Both the position numbers and the translations under genes were made by a program. Under the pieces are notes generated by a model. The model was not told the DNA's origin and made no database searches. It saw only the letters and a program-made list of their open reading frames with translations. This document shows positions 38,455 through 49,768 of a stretch of 60,000 bases of DNA, one piece after another; the stretch's first letter is position 1, and the number at the start of each line of letters is the position of its first letter. This DNA comes from Lama guanicoe (taxonomy: Eukaryota), in assembly GCA_013239625.1 (NCBI GenBank), contig MU053881.1, positions 16,484,373 to 16,544,372 of the forward strand, written 5' to 3'.

Positions 38455-38531
38455 GTGTGTGGTGTCCTCTTCCCACCAGCCCCGCCCCACCCATGTTCTC
38501 CCAGACCACCACATATGGTTTATTGTTGCAG

Positions 38532-38663
38532 GATGGCTTGAAACCAGAGGGAATAGCCAAAGATGTTTGGCTGCATCAGAAGATGAAAAATACCAACTAT
38601 CTGACAGAATATGACCTCTCAGAATTTGAGAACATTGGTGCCATCGGACTGGAGCTTTGGCAG
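38532..38663 (+). CDS. CALR3: CALR3 exon 7
   Basis: gcag|GAT GGC...TGG CAG|gtcact; DGLKPEGIAKDVWLHQKM...ENIGAIGLELWQ; preceded by a 77-bp intron. Confidence 0.94.
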
Positions 38664-39323
38664 GTCACTTGGTTTTGCATTTGCTTTAGTTTAATAACTC
38701 TGGGCTTCAGCCTAAACTCCTTACTTCACACAGGTAGTATGTGAGCTCCTACTATGTGCCTGGCACCCCTAGCTGGACCCAAGACATACAGCTGTGGACA
38801 AAGGGCACTTCTTGCCCGCCTGCCTGCTCCCTGGGAATTTGCTTGGAGCTGACCTGTGGTGCGCATCAGCTTTAGGATAAGATTGCAGATTCTGATGCAG
38901 CAGGTCCAGGGCAGAGCTCGAGATTCTGCATTCCCTGCAAGCTCCCAGCAGTGCTGACGCTGCCAGTCCACAGCTCACACTTTGCACAGGAAGGTTTTCG
39001 AGGAGTGGTTCTCAAACATTGTAGAATGTTCAAGTCACTGGGGAGCTCTCCAAAATCTTGATGCCCCACGAGTACCCCAGACCAGCTAAATCAGCTGGTG
39101 AGACCAGGCATTAGGAGTTTTAAAAATGCTCTTGGTGTGCCCACTACACAGTCAAGTTTGAGAACCAGTGCCCTGGAGGGAACGAGTGTTCTAGAAATGG
39201 GTTTAAGCATGTTCTGCTATTGATAGCTCATCACTGTTACAGGACCAAGCAAATTACGATTGTTCATTTTGTGGAAAGTTTCACTTTTCACACTGGTAAT
39301 GAAGGCCTTATTTTCATCCACAG

Positions 39324-39416
39324 GTGAGATCCGGAACCATCTTCGATAACTTCCTGATCACAGATGATGAAGAGTATGCTGACAACTTTGGCAAGGCCAC
39401 CTGGGGTGAAACCAAG
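39324..39416 (+). CDS. CALR3: CALR3 exon 8
   Basis: acag|GTG AGA TCC...ACC AAG|gtagag; VRSGTIFDNFLITDDEEYADNFGKATWGETK. Confidence 0.96.
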
Positions 39417-39689
39417 GTAGAGTGACCACAATGAACTTTTCTTTCATTATTCATTTATTTCCGTACTTGAGACTCACATATAGGAAAGGGCTCAATGAAT
39501 TTTTACTACTTAATGCCCCACCCAGATCAAGATACAGAACGTCACTTGAGCTCCAAGAACTTCCTCACGACCTTTCCCAGCTGGCCCCCATCCCCAAAGG
39601 AAGGGGGGTTCCACTATTCAATCACTATAGATGGATTTGACCCCTTTTGAAATTTATATAAACGGAGCCACCCATTATTTATTCATTCA

Positions 39690-40700
39690 GGCAGTGTTGT
39701 GAGCTTCACTTGTATTTTCGCATATAGCAGTAGCTTGTTCTTTGTGAATATTCCAGAAGGTACGCATCCATTCTCTTGGATGCAGCTTTGGGTAGCTTCT
39801 AGCTTGTGGCCTCATGGATAAAGCTGTTATGATCTTTCCTGTATGTGTCTTTCTGTGGACACATGCCCAGGAGTGGACAGGCAGGGTCACATGTTCTTCC
39901 ACAGTCAGTTTTCAGTGTGTCATCCTATTTACATTGCCCTCTGCAGTGGATGAAAATTTCAATTGTGACACGTCTTTGGCCACACTTGGTATTATTGTCA
40001 GTTCTTGTTGATGAATCAGATTTATTGAAGTATAATTTACATACGGCAAAGTGTACAGTTCTGGGAATTCTGATAAACACATAGAGTTGTGAAACCCCTA
40101 CCAAAAATCGAGTAGAACAGTTTCTTTCCTGGCAAAAGTCTCCTTGTAGCCAAGCCCTCCCCGACTCCATCAGCCGCTGATCTCATACCTGTCCCTCTAG
40201 TTTTGCCTTTTCCGGAATGTCATAGAAATGGAATCATACAGTATGTGGTCTTCTTCAGCCCGCTTCTCTCACCAAGCTTAGTGTCTCTGAGATTCATCCT
40301 TGTTGTTGGAGGTCGGTCAATCCTTTGTTTCTTCATATTACTGAGTAGTTCATCTGACGGACATCTGGCTTGTTTCCAGTTTTTAACAGTATGACCAAAG
40401 CTGCTATCGGTATTTGCATATAGTTTCTTACGTGGATGTGTGCGTTTCATTTCTCTTAGCTAAATACCCGGGAGGGGGTTGCTGAGTTGTATGGTGTACG
40501 TTTAGCTTTATGAGAAACTGCCACTGTTTCCAGAGGGGCTGCACTGTTCTGCAACTCCTCCAGGCCCACTGGCACTGGGGATGGTGGGTTTCTGTAGGTG
40601 TGTAGGGTAGCTCTCTCTGGTTTCGTTTGCATTTCCCTGATGACACACGAAGGTGGATGCTGTTTCATGGCTCTTGTGGCCATTTGGGGATCCTCTTTTG
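39690..40700 (-). mobile_element. Old L1 3' fragments (antisense)
   Basis: tttattgaagtataatttacatac...ggaatcatacagtatgtggtc...tgcatttccctgatgac; boundaries approximate. Confidence 0.7.
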
Positions 40701-40721
40701 TGAGATACCTGTGTTTTAAGA

Positions 40722-41233
40722 TGTAGGTTTTGTTATTATTCAGGTATGGTGAGGCTGGCGGATCAGGAGATGATTTTCTGCCATCAAAAAGATTGCTTGT
40801 TTGACTCATAGATCCCAAGAAGAGGGGGGAGCCCACACCATGCCCTGCAGGGCCACACGGGGAAGCACCAGGGCTGATTAAGGAGGCAGAGGAAGAAAAT
40901 GTAGGCAAGATACTTTGTTTTGGTTTCTGCAGGCAGGAATAGGTAAGGCAGGACAAGCCGGTTTAGGATTGGCTGGTTTTAAGAATTTCAGTGGGCTCCA
41001 GGGTGCAGGGGCTGCCCTTAGCTGTCTATCACCTGGCTGTGGGGTAATTAGGACAAGGAGATATCAGCCCTGAGTATAAGAGCCTGATGGAGGAGCTGGC
41101 TAGGGATGTAGGCTCTGCATGTAGTCTGCATATGGCATGGACTGTCTCTAGGAATTGGCCTCCTGGGTGGGCCATCCCTCCAAGGCCAGCAAAGCTCCAG
41201 ATGTCAAAGCTGAAGGAACACACAGTTAATACA
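40722..41233 (-). mobile_element. ERVL-type LTR (MER74/MER54-like)
   Basis: Reverse complement begins TGTATTAAC...GCTTTGACATCTGGAGCTTTGCTGGCCTTGGAGGGATGGCCC...CCAATTCCTAGAGA. Confidence 0.65.
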
Positions 41234-41971
41234 GCTTGTTTATGTCACTTGCTCACTTCCATATTGGGTTTTTGACCTTTTCTTATTTAGTTGTAGATCT
41301 TATTTATATATTCTAGCAAATTCTTTGTCAGGTAAATGTATGGTAGACATCCTTTCCCCTCTGTGCCTTGCCTTTCCATTCCCTCAAATGTATTTTTTTC
41401 TCCTGTATTTTTTTAAAATGTGTATTTTGAGGTCCTTATATGGAGAAACCAACTTAAAAATTTAGCTCTGACTTTCAATAAAGAAGCTAAAGTATCTTCC
41501 ATCAGTACAAATTCATTTATAACTCTTTGGAGCTGAAGTATTGACACTTAAAGTGCATGCTTTTAATGGGCATAAATGTTTTGTTTCTTGGGTCATTAAA
41601 TGCCAGTAACTGAACAGTGGCATAGCTTACCTGGATGGAGAAGGCAGCCAGTGTTCTCTGGGAGCCATGACTCAGAGAGGAAGGTCTTAGAGAAACCCCC
41701 ACATCATTTTAGCCAGAAACTTTGGATTGTTTAATTGTATGCCAGTGAGTTTAAGTTATGGGTGATACACAAAACATCTTCCTGCTTTTAACCGCAAGCC
41801 CCTCATTCCCTTATCTTCACGGATGAGGCTTCTTCCATATCGTGAACGTCACACTGAGACTCACTGCAGGGCTGGTGCTTAAAACTGGAACATTTCACGG
41901 CATTTTAGGGGGAAAATTGCCCTCCATTGCCTAAAGGTGTTTGAGGCGATTTGCTCACGAGCCATTTCATC

Positions 41972-42051
41972 CTTTCCCCAACGCCTTCATGGAGGTATTG
42001 GGGATTGAACCCAGGACCTTCTGCATGCACTCTACCACTGAGCTATCCCCC
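41972..42051 (-). mobile_element. Short Vic-1-like SINE
   Basis: ggggattgaacccaggacc...ctaccactgagctatcccc; TSD CACGAG(C/T)CATTTCATC at 41956 and 42052. Confidence 0.8.
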
Positions 42052-42281
42052 CACGAGTCATTTCATCTTAAATCTGATTTCTGCCACAAAGCCTTACTAA
42101 ACTCTTTTTCCATAGTGACTACAGGAAAGTTCTTGCTGCATCTGCACTCACTTCTACACCTTCTTTTAATCACACATGTCTGGATTTTCTCATTTGAGCT
42201 CTGAGGCTTCTCTCATGGCCCATCCACTGGTCAGTTGGTTGAAGAATGGGCCCAAGTGCTCCGGGAGTAAAATGAAGGCAG

Positions 42282-43270
42282 TGTGAGTTTCCTGGGGTGG
42301 CCAGAACAAATCACCACAAACTTGCTGGTTTGAAACAACACGAATGTATTCTCTTGCAATTCTGGAGGCTGGAAGTCCAAAATCAGTATCGATGAGCTGA
42401 AATTGTTACCGAGTCCAAACTCGTTCTTCTCACCACATAACAGGCCAATAAATTGGGAGATGAGGTGTTGCGGCAAGCAATCACAACTTTATTCAGAAAA
42501 TCAGCAGACTGAGAAGGTGACAGACTAACGTGCTGGAGAACCATCTTCTCCAAGTCAGAATTCAGGCTCCTTTTATACTAAAAGGGGGGGGGGTGTGGTT
42601 GGTTGTTGCAAACTTCTTGGCATCGGAATCTTTTGTTCTTGCAGCTGTCTAGGTAGGTCAGGTCACAATGTTCCTTTACACTTTCAGCAAGACAAATATT
42701 ATTCTCTGTTCTGCAACTTTTAATGGAAAGTGTTATACCTTCAAAGGTCAGAGCCTTGAGAATGGGCTGTCCTGTCTATTTCAGGCTCTAGGCAACATTC
42801 TTTTACAACAGGTGCAGAACCAGCACGACTAAGCACAGGAAACAGAGCACAGGGTTAGAGCTAAAGGAACATTTAATATGGAGTCAGAATTGTTCTTCTC
42901 TGTTACAAAATCAGGGCATCAGCAGGGTCTTGCTCCCTCCAAACATTCCAGGGGAGAATCTTTCTTTGCTTCTTGCAGTTTCTGATGGTTCCCGATGCTC
43001 CTTGCTCTGTGGCTGCATCATTCTAATCTTTGCCTCCATCTTCATGTTGCATTCTCCTCTTCTGTCTGTGTCTGTGTCAAATCTCTCTCAGCCCTCCTCT
43101 TATGAGGACATTGTGATGGAATTTAGGGCCCACCTGACCATTCTGGATAACCTCCTTATTTCAGCAGGCTGAATTTAATCACCTCTGCCAAGACCCTTTC
43201 CCCATGCGTATAAGGTTACATTTCCAGGTTCCAGGAATTGGGACCTGACATCCTTGGGGGCTCTTTTTTC
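42282..43270 (-). mobile_element. MLT1 LTR split by a solo ERV LTR
   Basis: MLT1-like acaaatcaccacaaacttg...ggaggctggaagtccaaaatc resumes after 42907. Confidence 0.7.
42404..42907 (-). mobile_element. Solo ERV1-class LTR
   Basis: TG...CA termini, 4-bp TSD AAAT, minus-strand TATA (about 42571) and AATAAA (about 42488). Confidence 0.75.
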
Positions 43271-43388
43271 GGCTGCCCCCAGCTGGTGTGGAGGCTTCCA
43301 GAAGGTAGGGGCAGGCTGCACGCTGACACTGAATTAGCCTCCAGGAAGTATAATCCCTGGCCGCTGGGGTCTTTGTTTCTTTCTCCAG

Positions 43389-43532
43389 GGCCCGGAAAGA
43401 GAGATGGATGACATACAGGCCAAGGAAGAGGTGAAGAAGGCCCGCGAGGAAGACGAAGAGGAGATGCTGATGCGCAGGTTTGGTGGGCAAGACAAAAACT
43501 TCAATAGATTCCACAGGAGGAATGAACTGTAG
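43389..43532 (+). CDS. CALR3: CALR3 exon 9, ends with RNEL ER-retrieval-like motif
   Basis: ccag|GGC CCG GAA...AAT GAA CTG TAG; GPEREMDDIQAKEEVKKAREEDEEEM...FHRRNEL*; nine exons sum to 1158 nt = 385 aa. Confidence 0.95.
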   Translation, partial: GPEREMDDIQAKEEVKKAREEDEEEMLMRRFGGQDKNFNRFHRRNEL

Positions 43533-43808
43533 TCATCCCCACCTCAGATAAAGATGACTGGCCAAACTTTGTTTCTACTTTAAACTACACTTAAAAGCTC
43601 AAATGTCTCCACACATGGTAATTTGTCCAGTTTTCTTTGAAAAGTGTGCCTTTGCCTCTCAGTGGGGTTGGTCTGGTTTTCCCTGAGCCCCTCCCTGTGC
43701 CCCGAGATGTCTCCTCTAGACAAATCTGAGTGCTGGAAGCCGGAAGTCAGAGGTGAGAGTCTGGTCAAAAACGTGACGCTCTTTTCTTAACCTTCAAAAT
43801 GTTCTGTA

Positions 43809-43814
43809 AATAAA
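43809..43814 (+). terminator. CALR3: Probable CALR3 polyadenylation signal
   Basis: First AATAAA seen after the CALR3 stop codon. Confidence 0.6.
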
Positions 43815-44905
43815 AGGTGGTAAAACTCACTTTGAAAAAGGAGAAACAATGCCTTATTTCTTTGGGTTGTAAATTACTGATAACATAGGCGAAACTTTTC
43901 CAGTGTGAAATCTTTATACAGCAGTGTTGGCGTGGAAAGGTTTTGCCTGCTCCACTTACATGCTAGTTATTCTGGAGAACCCAGGCCTTGTGCACAGATG
44001 TTTAACAATTCATAAAGAAGCTCATGCTCTTTTCCCCACTCTGTGACCCACTTCCCCGGCCATTACTTCTCTGTAAGACAGAGGAATGCATTCATTCTCT
44101 CAAGTGAAAATAGTGCTTACTTTGCAGTTTAATTTTTTTCTTTCTATCAAATGATTTGCCTTTTTTTTTTAAGTTACACATAGCAGGTTTTTGTTTTGAA
44201 GAGATCTGTTTTCATGCAGAAATTTGTGTTGGAAATAAATCAAATTTAGGACACCAGAAATTCGGAATTTAGTGATGTTACAAAAAAAGCCAAATAATAT
44301 GGGAAACTATAGGTCACATACTGAAAGATGATCATTGTGAAAAGTCTGGCCAGGAGGTCACATTCTGGCAAGTTTTGTTCTGGCTTTGGTCAAATTGGCA
44401 GACTTTGGACCCTGAACTTTTTGATCACATCGGTCTTCCCAGTTTATCAGGGGTTATCAGTCTCAGAAGCTAAAGACTCAGTCCCTGGAAGTGCAGGGGT
44501 GGGATTCAAACACTGCCTACCTTTTAAATCTCCAAACAAGGTGAGAAGTTAATGAGGAGAGATGCAGTGCTGCACCTTGAGAGAAAATGCCAGAAACAAT
44601 TGTACAGAGATGGGTCAGACCAACTCAGACCCTGTGGAACTCTTCTCCAGAGCAGCATTGTCCTGGAGACCCTTCCTCATCAGTGCTGGCTGATATGGTA
44701 GCCACTGGCCTCATGTGAGCCCTTAAAATGTGGCTGGTGGTACTGATTTTTTAAAAAATTCGTATGCTTTGTCTTTTAGAGCAGTTTTAGGTTCACAGCA
44801 AAACTGAGCAGAGAGTAGAGTGTTCCCATATACTGCCTGCCCCCACACCCACACAACCAAGGCCATCCCACACCATGGGAGTACATCTGTCACAATTGAT
44901 GAACC

Positions 44906-45463
44906 AGAGATGGGCTGGGACCTGGGACCTGAGACCCTTTGCTACAGTACTCACACTTGGACAAATGCCTCCTTGAGCAACAGAATACAAAGAAACTATG
45001 AGGGACTAAAAATAACTGCATACATGTACAATTGGGGCAAATTATGAACATCAAGATACGAAAGACCAGCTGCGGGGCTGGGGGTAAAGTTCAGTGGTAG
45101 AGCGCATGCTTTTCATGCACAAGGTCCTGGGTACCGCCATTGAAAAAAAAGAAAGAAAAAAGACCAACTGCCACTTCCCAGAGCAAAAGCATGTTGCTGT
45201 GCATGATCCCTGCACACAGCCCCACCAAGGGGGTGGGCTGACCACCTAAGCCACCCCTCTGGCCTGACCCATTTATCTGCCCCTACCCTCACCCCATTTA
45301 AAGGACCAGCTGGCCCCCACTCAGGGAGCGAGCAAGGAAACTTGGTACTTGTTGTCACTCCTTCACGCTGCAGCACGAGTCCCCATGAAGCCTTGCCTGA
45401 ATTTTTCATCTGGTCTCATCAATTTCTATTGATTAAGGAGTCCAAGAACCCTGGTCGATAACC
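44906..45463 (+). mobile_element. Solo LTR nested in an L1 fragment, itself carrying a SINE
   Basis: Flanked by AACC duplication (44902, 45464); L1 sequence gatgaacc|...|aacctacactaacacatc rejoins across it; termini degenerate. Confidence 0.6.
45074..45158 (+). mobile_element. Vic-1-like SINE
   Basis: gttcagtggtagagcgcatgc...ggtcctggg + A tail; TSD AAAGACCA(G/A)CTGC at 45061 and 45159. Confidence 0.8.
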
Positions 45464-47957
45464 AACCTACACTAACACATCATCACCCAAAGTCCAAACT
45501 CTGCATTAGGGTTTGCTCTTGGTGTTGTACCTTGTATGGAAGAATACATTTTTAATCTGATTTAACTGTAATTAATTTAAACTTACATAGCCACATGTGG
45601 TGAGAGGCCACTGTATTGGGCCATGCACCTCCAGACTCTGGAGAAAGAGGCCCCAGGATGGGTGATCCCTGCCCAGGGTGGCAGCCACAGTAGTAGAGGG
45701 AATCCCAGGGCACTTCAGGCTGTGCTGCTGGCCAGGTGGGACTCTCACCATCGAGCCTCTGTTTCCAGTTAAAACCATGCCGGAGCATCTCTGTTGTCAT
45801 TGCCCCTGTAGACTCTTGACAGTGAGACTGGAAGCCTGCACACGTTTCCCAGACACCCTTGTCTGTTGGTTTCCCCCTTTTTTTTTCTGTCAGAAGGAAA
45901 TCAGAAGACAGGCAGAGAGGAGAAGCCATTTTTCCCCCCATCTTACGCAGTGGAGACAGTAGCGGTGACTTTAGCAACAATGGCAGAAACAGCAGTGGCT
46001 GGTGAGGATGGGCATCTGGGTTCCTGCTCAGGGCCCAGTGGTTGTGGGTTTTGGGGTAACACCTTTTCCCTTTTGACTTTAAGTCCTAGAGGGGCTAGCA
46101 GCTTCCTACTGATACTAATCTTAGGTAACTTTGCAGTCCCCTCTGTTTGGCCAATACTTTTGTACCCAGTCTCCGGTATCAAATGTCCCCTGTTTGAAAT
46201 ATGTAGGATGACTTCTCTTTTCTGTATGGAACATGGACTGATAAAGCACCCAAGGCAGCTAAAAGCCTCCATCACTCTCACCCGGTCCACTGCTGCATCT
46301 TTCCAGCTGCCCCACTTGCTTCCATCTATTCCTTCTCCGTCCACTTTGCCCACCTTCTCCAGAGTCACTGTTCTAGAACGCAGATCTGATCTGTTCAAAA
46401 CCCTCTGGTGGCCTCCCATTTCTCTTTGCACAGGGAAACTGAGGAGCATGGAAGCCTGGTGAGACAGAACTTGGAGCTCAGAGAGCAAGATGGTCTCAAA
46501 ATGAGGCTGAATCACTTATGGTCTTTTTTCATCGCTCTTTGAACAGAGGTATCCAATCAGACCACGTGTGATCCAGCTTCATCTCAGAACTGTCTGTCTT
46601 GCTGTCTGAGCTCCAGAGCCTCAGTCTCCATGTGCTTCTTCACCGCTCTGCTCCCTCCGCTTGTGATGGTCCCCAGCCCCCACCGTCACTGCTTGCACAC
46701 TCAACCTTAAAATGTCATACCCTTGAACTACTCTGTAGCACTTATCACTGTTTATAGTTGTCTGTTTCCTCATGTGATTATTTGATGTCTGTTTCCTTCC
46801 TCTAGAGCAGTGGTTCTCACAGTTGGGGGCCTGGGACCAGCCACTTCAGCATCTCCTGGGGATTTGTTAGAAATGCAAAAATATCAGGCCCCACCCAGGT
46901 CTAGAAATCTGAATCAGAAACCCAGACTGTTTAACAAGCCTTCCAGGCAGCTCCAGGGTGAGAGAATGTCTGCCTGGCCCACCAATGGAACACCTATGCT
47001 GAAGCCAGGGGTACTCAATGAGCATTTGATGGTGAATGGTTGTTGAGTAAATCACAAAGCACACCATGCTCATCTAAATGGCATGAGGTACCTCAACTCA
47101 CTGAAGATACTGGAGCCAGAAGCTTATGAGACTCTAGAGTGGAGGAAGTGGACAGGAAGTTGTGCCTCCACCACCCTGAGATCAGCATGGCCTGCCAGCT
47201 TGCCTGCCTGAGAAACAGTGCCCAGCCAGACCTACTGTGCCACCATCACAGGAGACCAGGTAAGGGGAAGCTGACCCGTGCTGAGGAAACCTCGTGCCAC
47301 TGTGGTCAGTACCCAGTGGGACTTTCTTTCCTTATTTTTTTAGTGGAAAAGTATTAGTGGGTGTCCACAGCAAAAAAGAAGGCAAAACATGTCTAAACAA
47401 ACAAATGGCCCTCCAGTAATAGTCCTCCAGCAAGCATTTGGTTCCTGCTCTGCGCAGGGCACAGTGTGAGGCATAGAAGTGGAATAAACACATATTACCA
47501 TTCCCTCTTTTCAGAGGAGGGTGGTGGGGGCCCACTTAAATGACTTGCCAAGGTCACAGAGCAAGAAAGTGGCAGCTAGGAAATAATCTCAGGTGTCGTG
47601 GGTGCGGCTGCAGCACAGAGAGGTTAAAATACTACAACTGAGTTTAGCTGAAGCCCTAAGGGGACAGACCCATATTCGAACTGACACAGACACACAGGTA
47701 CGCACACACACATACACAGCTATCCTAGGAACAGGGCGCCTTGTGGGGCAGGGCAGGGGTCCCGATCCTCTGCCTGGAGGACGACGGCTTCTCGATAGTG
47801 TTTTGCCAGGCGCACGGGAAAGGGAACGGCATCCCTACAGAGGACCCAGCATTAGCAAGGACCTGGAGGAGCCAGAGACCTTGGCAGACGAGCCGGGGAA
47901 TCGGGGAGGACTCGGTGACGGAGTGCAGGAAGCATTTGTCGGGGGTCTCGGGGCCCA

Positions 47958-48005
47958 CGGACCTCCTGGGCCCCGCCCCCTCGGACCTCCTGGGCCCCGC
48001 CCCCT
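47958..48005 (+). repeat. Perfect 24-bp tandem duplication containing a GC box
   Basis: (CGGACCTCCTGGGCCCCGCCCCCT)x2. Confidence 0.95.
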
Positions 48006-48198
48006 CAGGCCGGGGCTTGGCGCGCGCGGCCCCGCCCTCTACCCCCGCCCCTCCAGGCTTTGCTGAGCTTGCGCGTCCCTACTTCGGCCCCGCCTTTCCC
48101 CGGGCCCGGCTGCGCGCGCACCGCCCCTCTCGCCAGTGCGCACGCGCGGCCCCGCCTCGTTCCCCGCCCCGACGCTCGGAGCCCGAGTCCGCGGGAAG

Positions 48199-48231
48199 AT
48201 GGCGGCCCCTCTCATCCCCCTCTCCCAGCAG
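48199..48231 (+). CDS. EPS15L1: EPS15L1 first coding exon; remainder lies beyond the window
   Basis: gaagATGGCG strong Kozak; MAAPLIPLSQQ|gtatgg; expected synteny downstream of CALR3. Confidence 0.9.
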
Positions 48232-49679
48232 GTATGGGCCAGGAGGGTGGGGATGCGGCGCCGCGGTTCGGGGCGCGAGGTGGACGCCGCGGGGAGGCCG
48301 AAGCGCGGGGAGGTCTAGCTGGTCGGCAGCAGCTCGCGCGGAGGGCCCCTGGCGGAGGGCAGGCGAGTGGGCGGGCGGTCCTGAAGGTGACAGGCCAGTC
48401 CGGCCCGCGGCCTCCCGCAGCCGAGCGACCCTCTGCGGGCGGCGACCCCTGGGGCCGTAGCTCGTATCTGGTATGCCCGGGGCTCGGCCTTCTCCGCAGC
48501 TTCCAGGCCAGATGATGCACGGTAGCGTTGGGCTGCCTCCCGGGGAGGTGGGCGAGAGGAGCGAGCATTTCTGCTGGTGCGGCGGTCCGGCGGGTCTTTG
48601 TCTCCTGCGGGGTCCCAGCGCTGGGGTGGACAGTGTCGCCGCCTCGGTGGAGGGCAGAGCCCCGCCGGAGCCAGGACCCTCCAGCAGTGAGATCCTGGAC
48701 TCATCTGTTCTTCCCTTGGGAGCTGCTTCCGCTGCCGCTGCACTGTGAAAGGGCGGGGAGGGGGTGGTCGCAAGTCTCTGGGTACCTTGCCGTGCCCTCA
48801 GATCAGCCTGATGCTCTTACTAAGGGACTATCAGTAGCGCGACACAGATGTGCAAAAAAGGGCAGTGCGCAGGCAGCGCTGCTTTCTGGGAGGGACGTTC
48901 ATTCATTTATCCATCCGTCAAATGTGCGTCGGGCCAGGTGCTGGGAGCGCAGCAGTCACCCAGACCAACAAGGTCGCTGCTCTCCTGGAGGTGACACTCT
49001 CGTGAGAACTAGAAACTACCTATGTCCTGCTAAGTAGTGGCCACCTTTCTCTGCTGAATATTTGTTTTGTACCAAGCACCTTTGCCAGAATTATCTATCT
49101 GTAGAGCGAGGATACAGGTTCACATCATCTTGTGTTCAGATCTTGGCTCCAGGGTTTACTCCTCTAAGTGTCCTTGGACGAAGCCCTTAGCCTCTTCATG
49201 CCTCAGCCACTTCGTTTGGAAAATGGAAATATTAAAAAAAATTGGTATAATATGAACATGTAAAGCACTTAGACTAGTGCCTGGCTGATAAGAAGCACTC
49301 AGTGATCGTATAATTATAATCATTATTTAATTCTCTGGCAGATTTGGACGTTTGGAAATAGAGATTACAGCAGTAAGGATGCCAAACCCTAGGAGAGCTG
49401 TTAGGCGGGTTGACATGACTGGTCAGCTGATCCAAGGAGAGAGGTGTGCAGACTTGCTAAATAGTGTCAGAACTAACCAATTTGTAACACTGTCACTAAA
49501 TTAAAAGTGTTAAAGACCTGTGGTTGTTAATTAACAAGTTCTTGTAACAGAGATGAAAGTGCCCTACAGGTGGTGGGTATTATTAATAGCCAGTTGCTAC
49601 ATTTTAGGATATGGGAGTCTGAAACTCACTTAAACTCATTTAATGAGGAAGTGCTCCTGGTTTTTAAAACTTCCTGTGA

Positions 49680-49768
49680 GGTGGGGGAGTGAATAGCTCA
49701 GTGGCAGAATGCATGTTTAGCATGCACAAAGTCCTGGGTTCAATCCCCAGTCCCTCCATTAAACAAAA
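49680..49768 (+). mobile_element. Vic-1-like SINE
   Basis: tagctcagtggcagaatgcatgtttagcatgcacaaagtcctgggttcaatccccagt. Confidence 0.8.

Larger units (their letters stand above)
47750..48950. promoter_or_regulatory. EPS15L1: EPS15L1 CpG-island promoter
   Basis: Very CpG/GC-rich; many CCCCGCCCC boxes, NRF1-like TGCGCACGCGC (48137), YY1-like AAGATGGCGGC spanning the ATG. Confidence 0.88.

Noticed and set aside
47593..49037. Several 150-240 aa ORFs over the EPS15L1 promoter
   Set aside because: Expected in a CpG island; only the 33-nt exon has Kozak, donor and recognisable protein support
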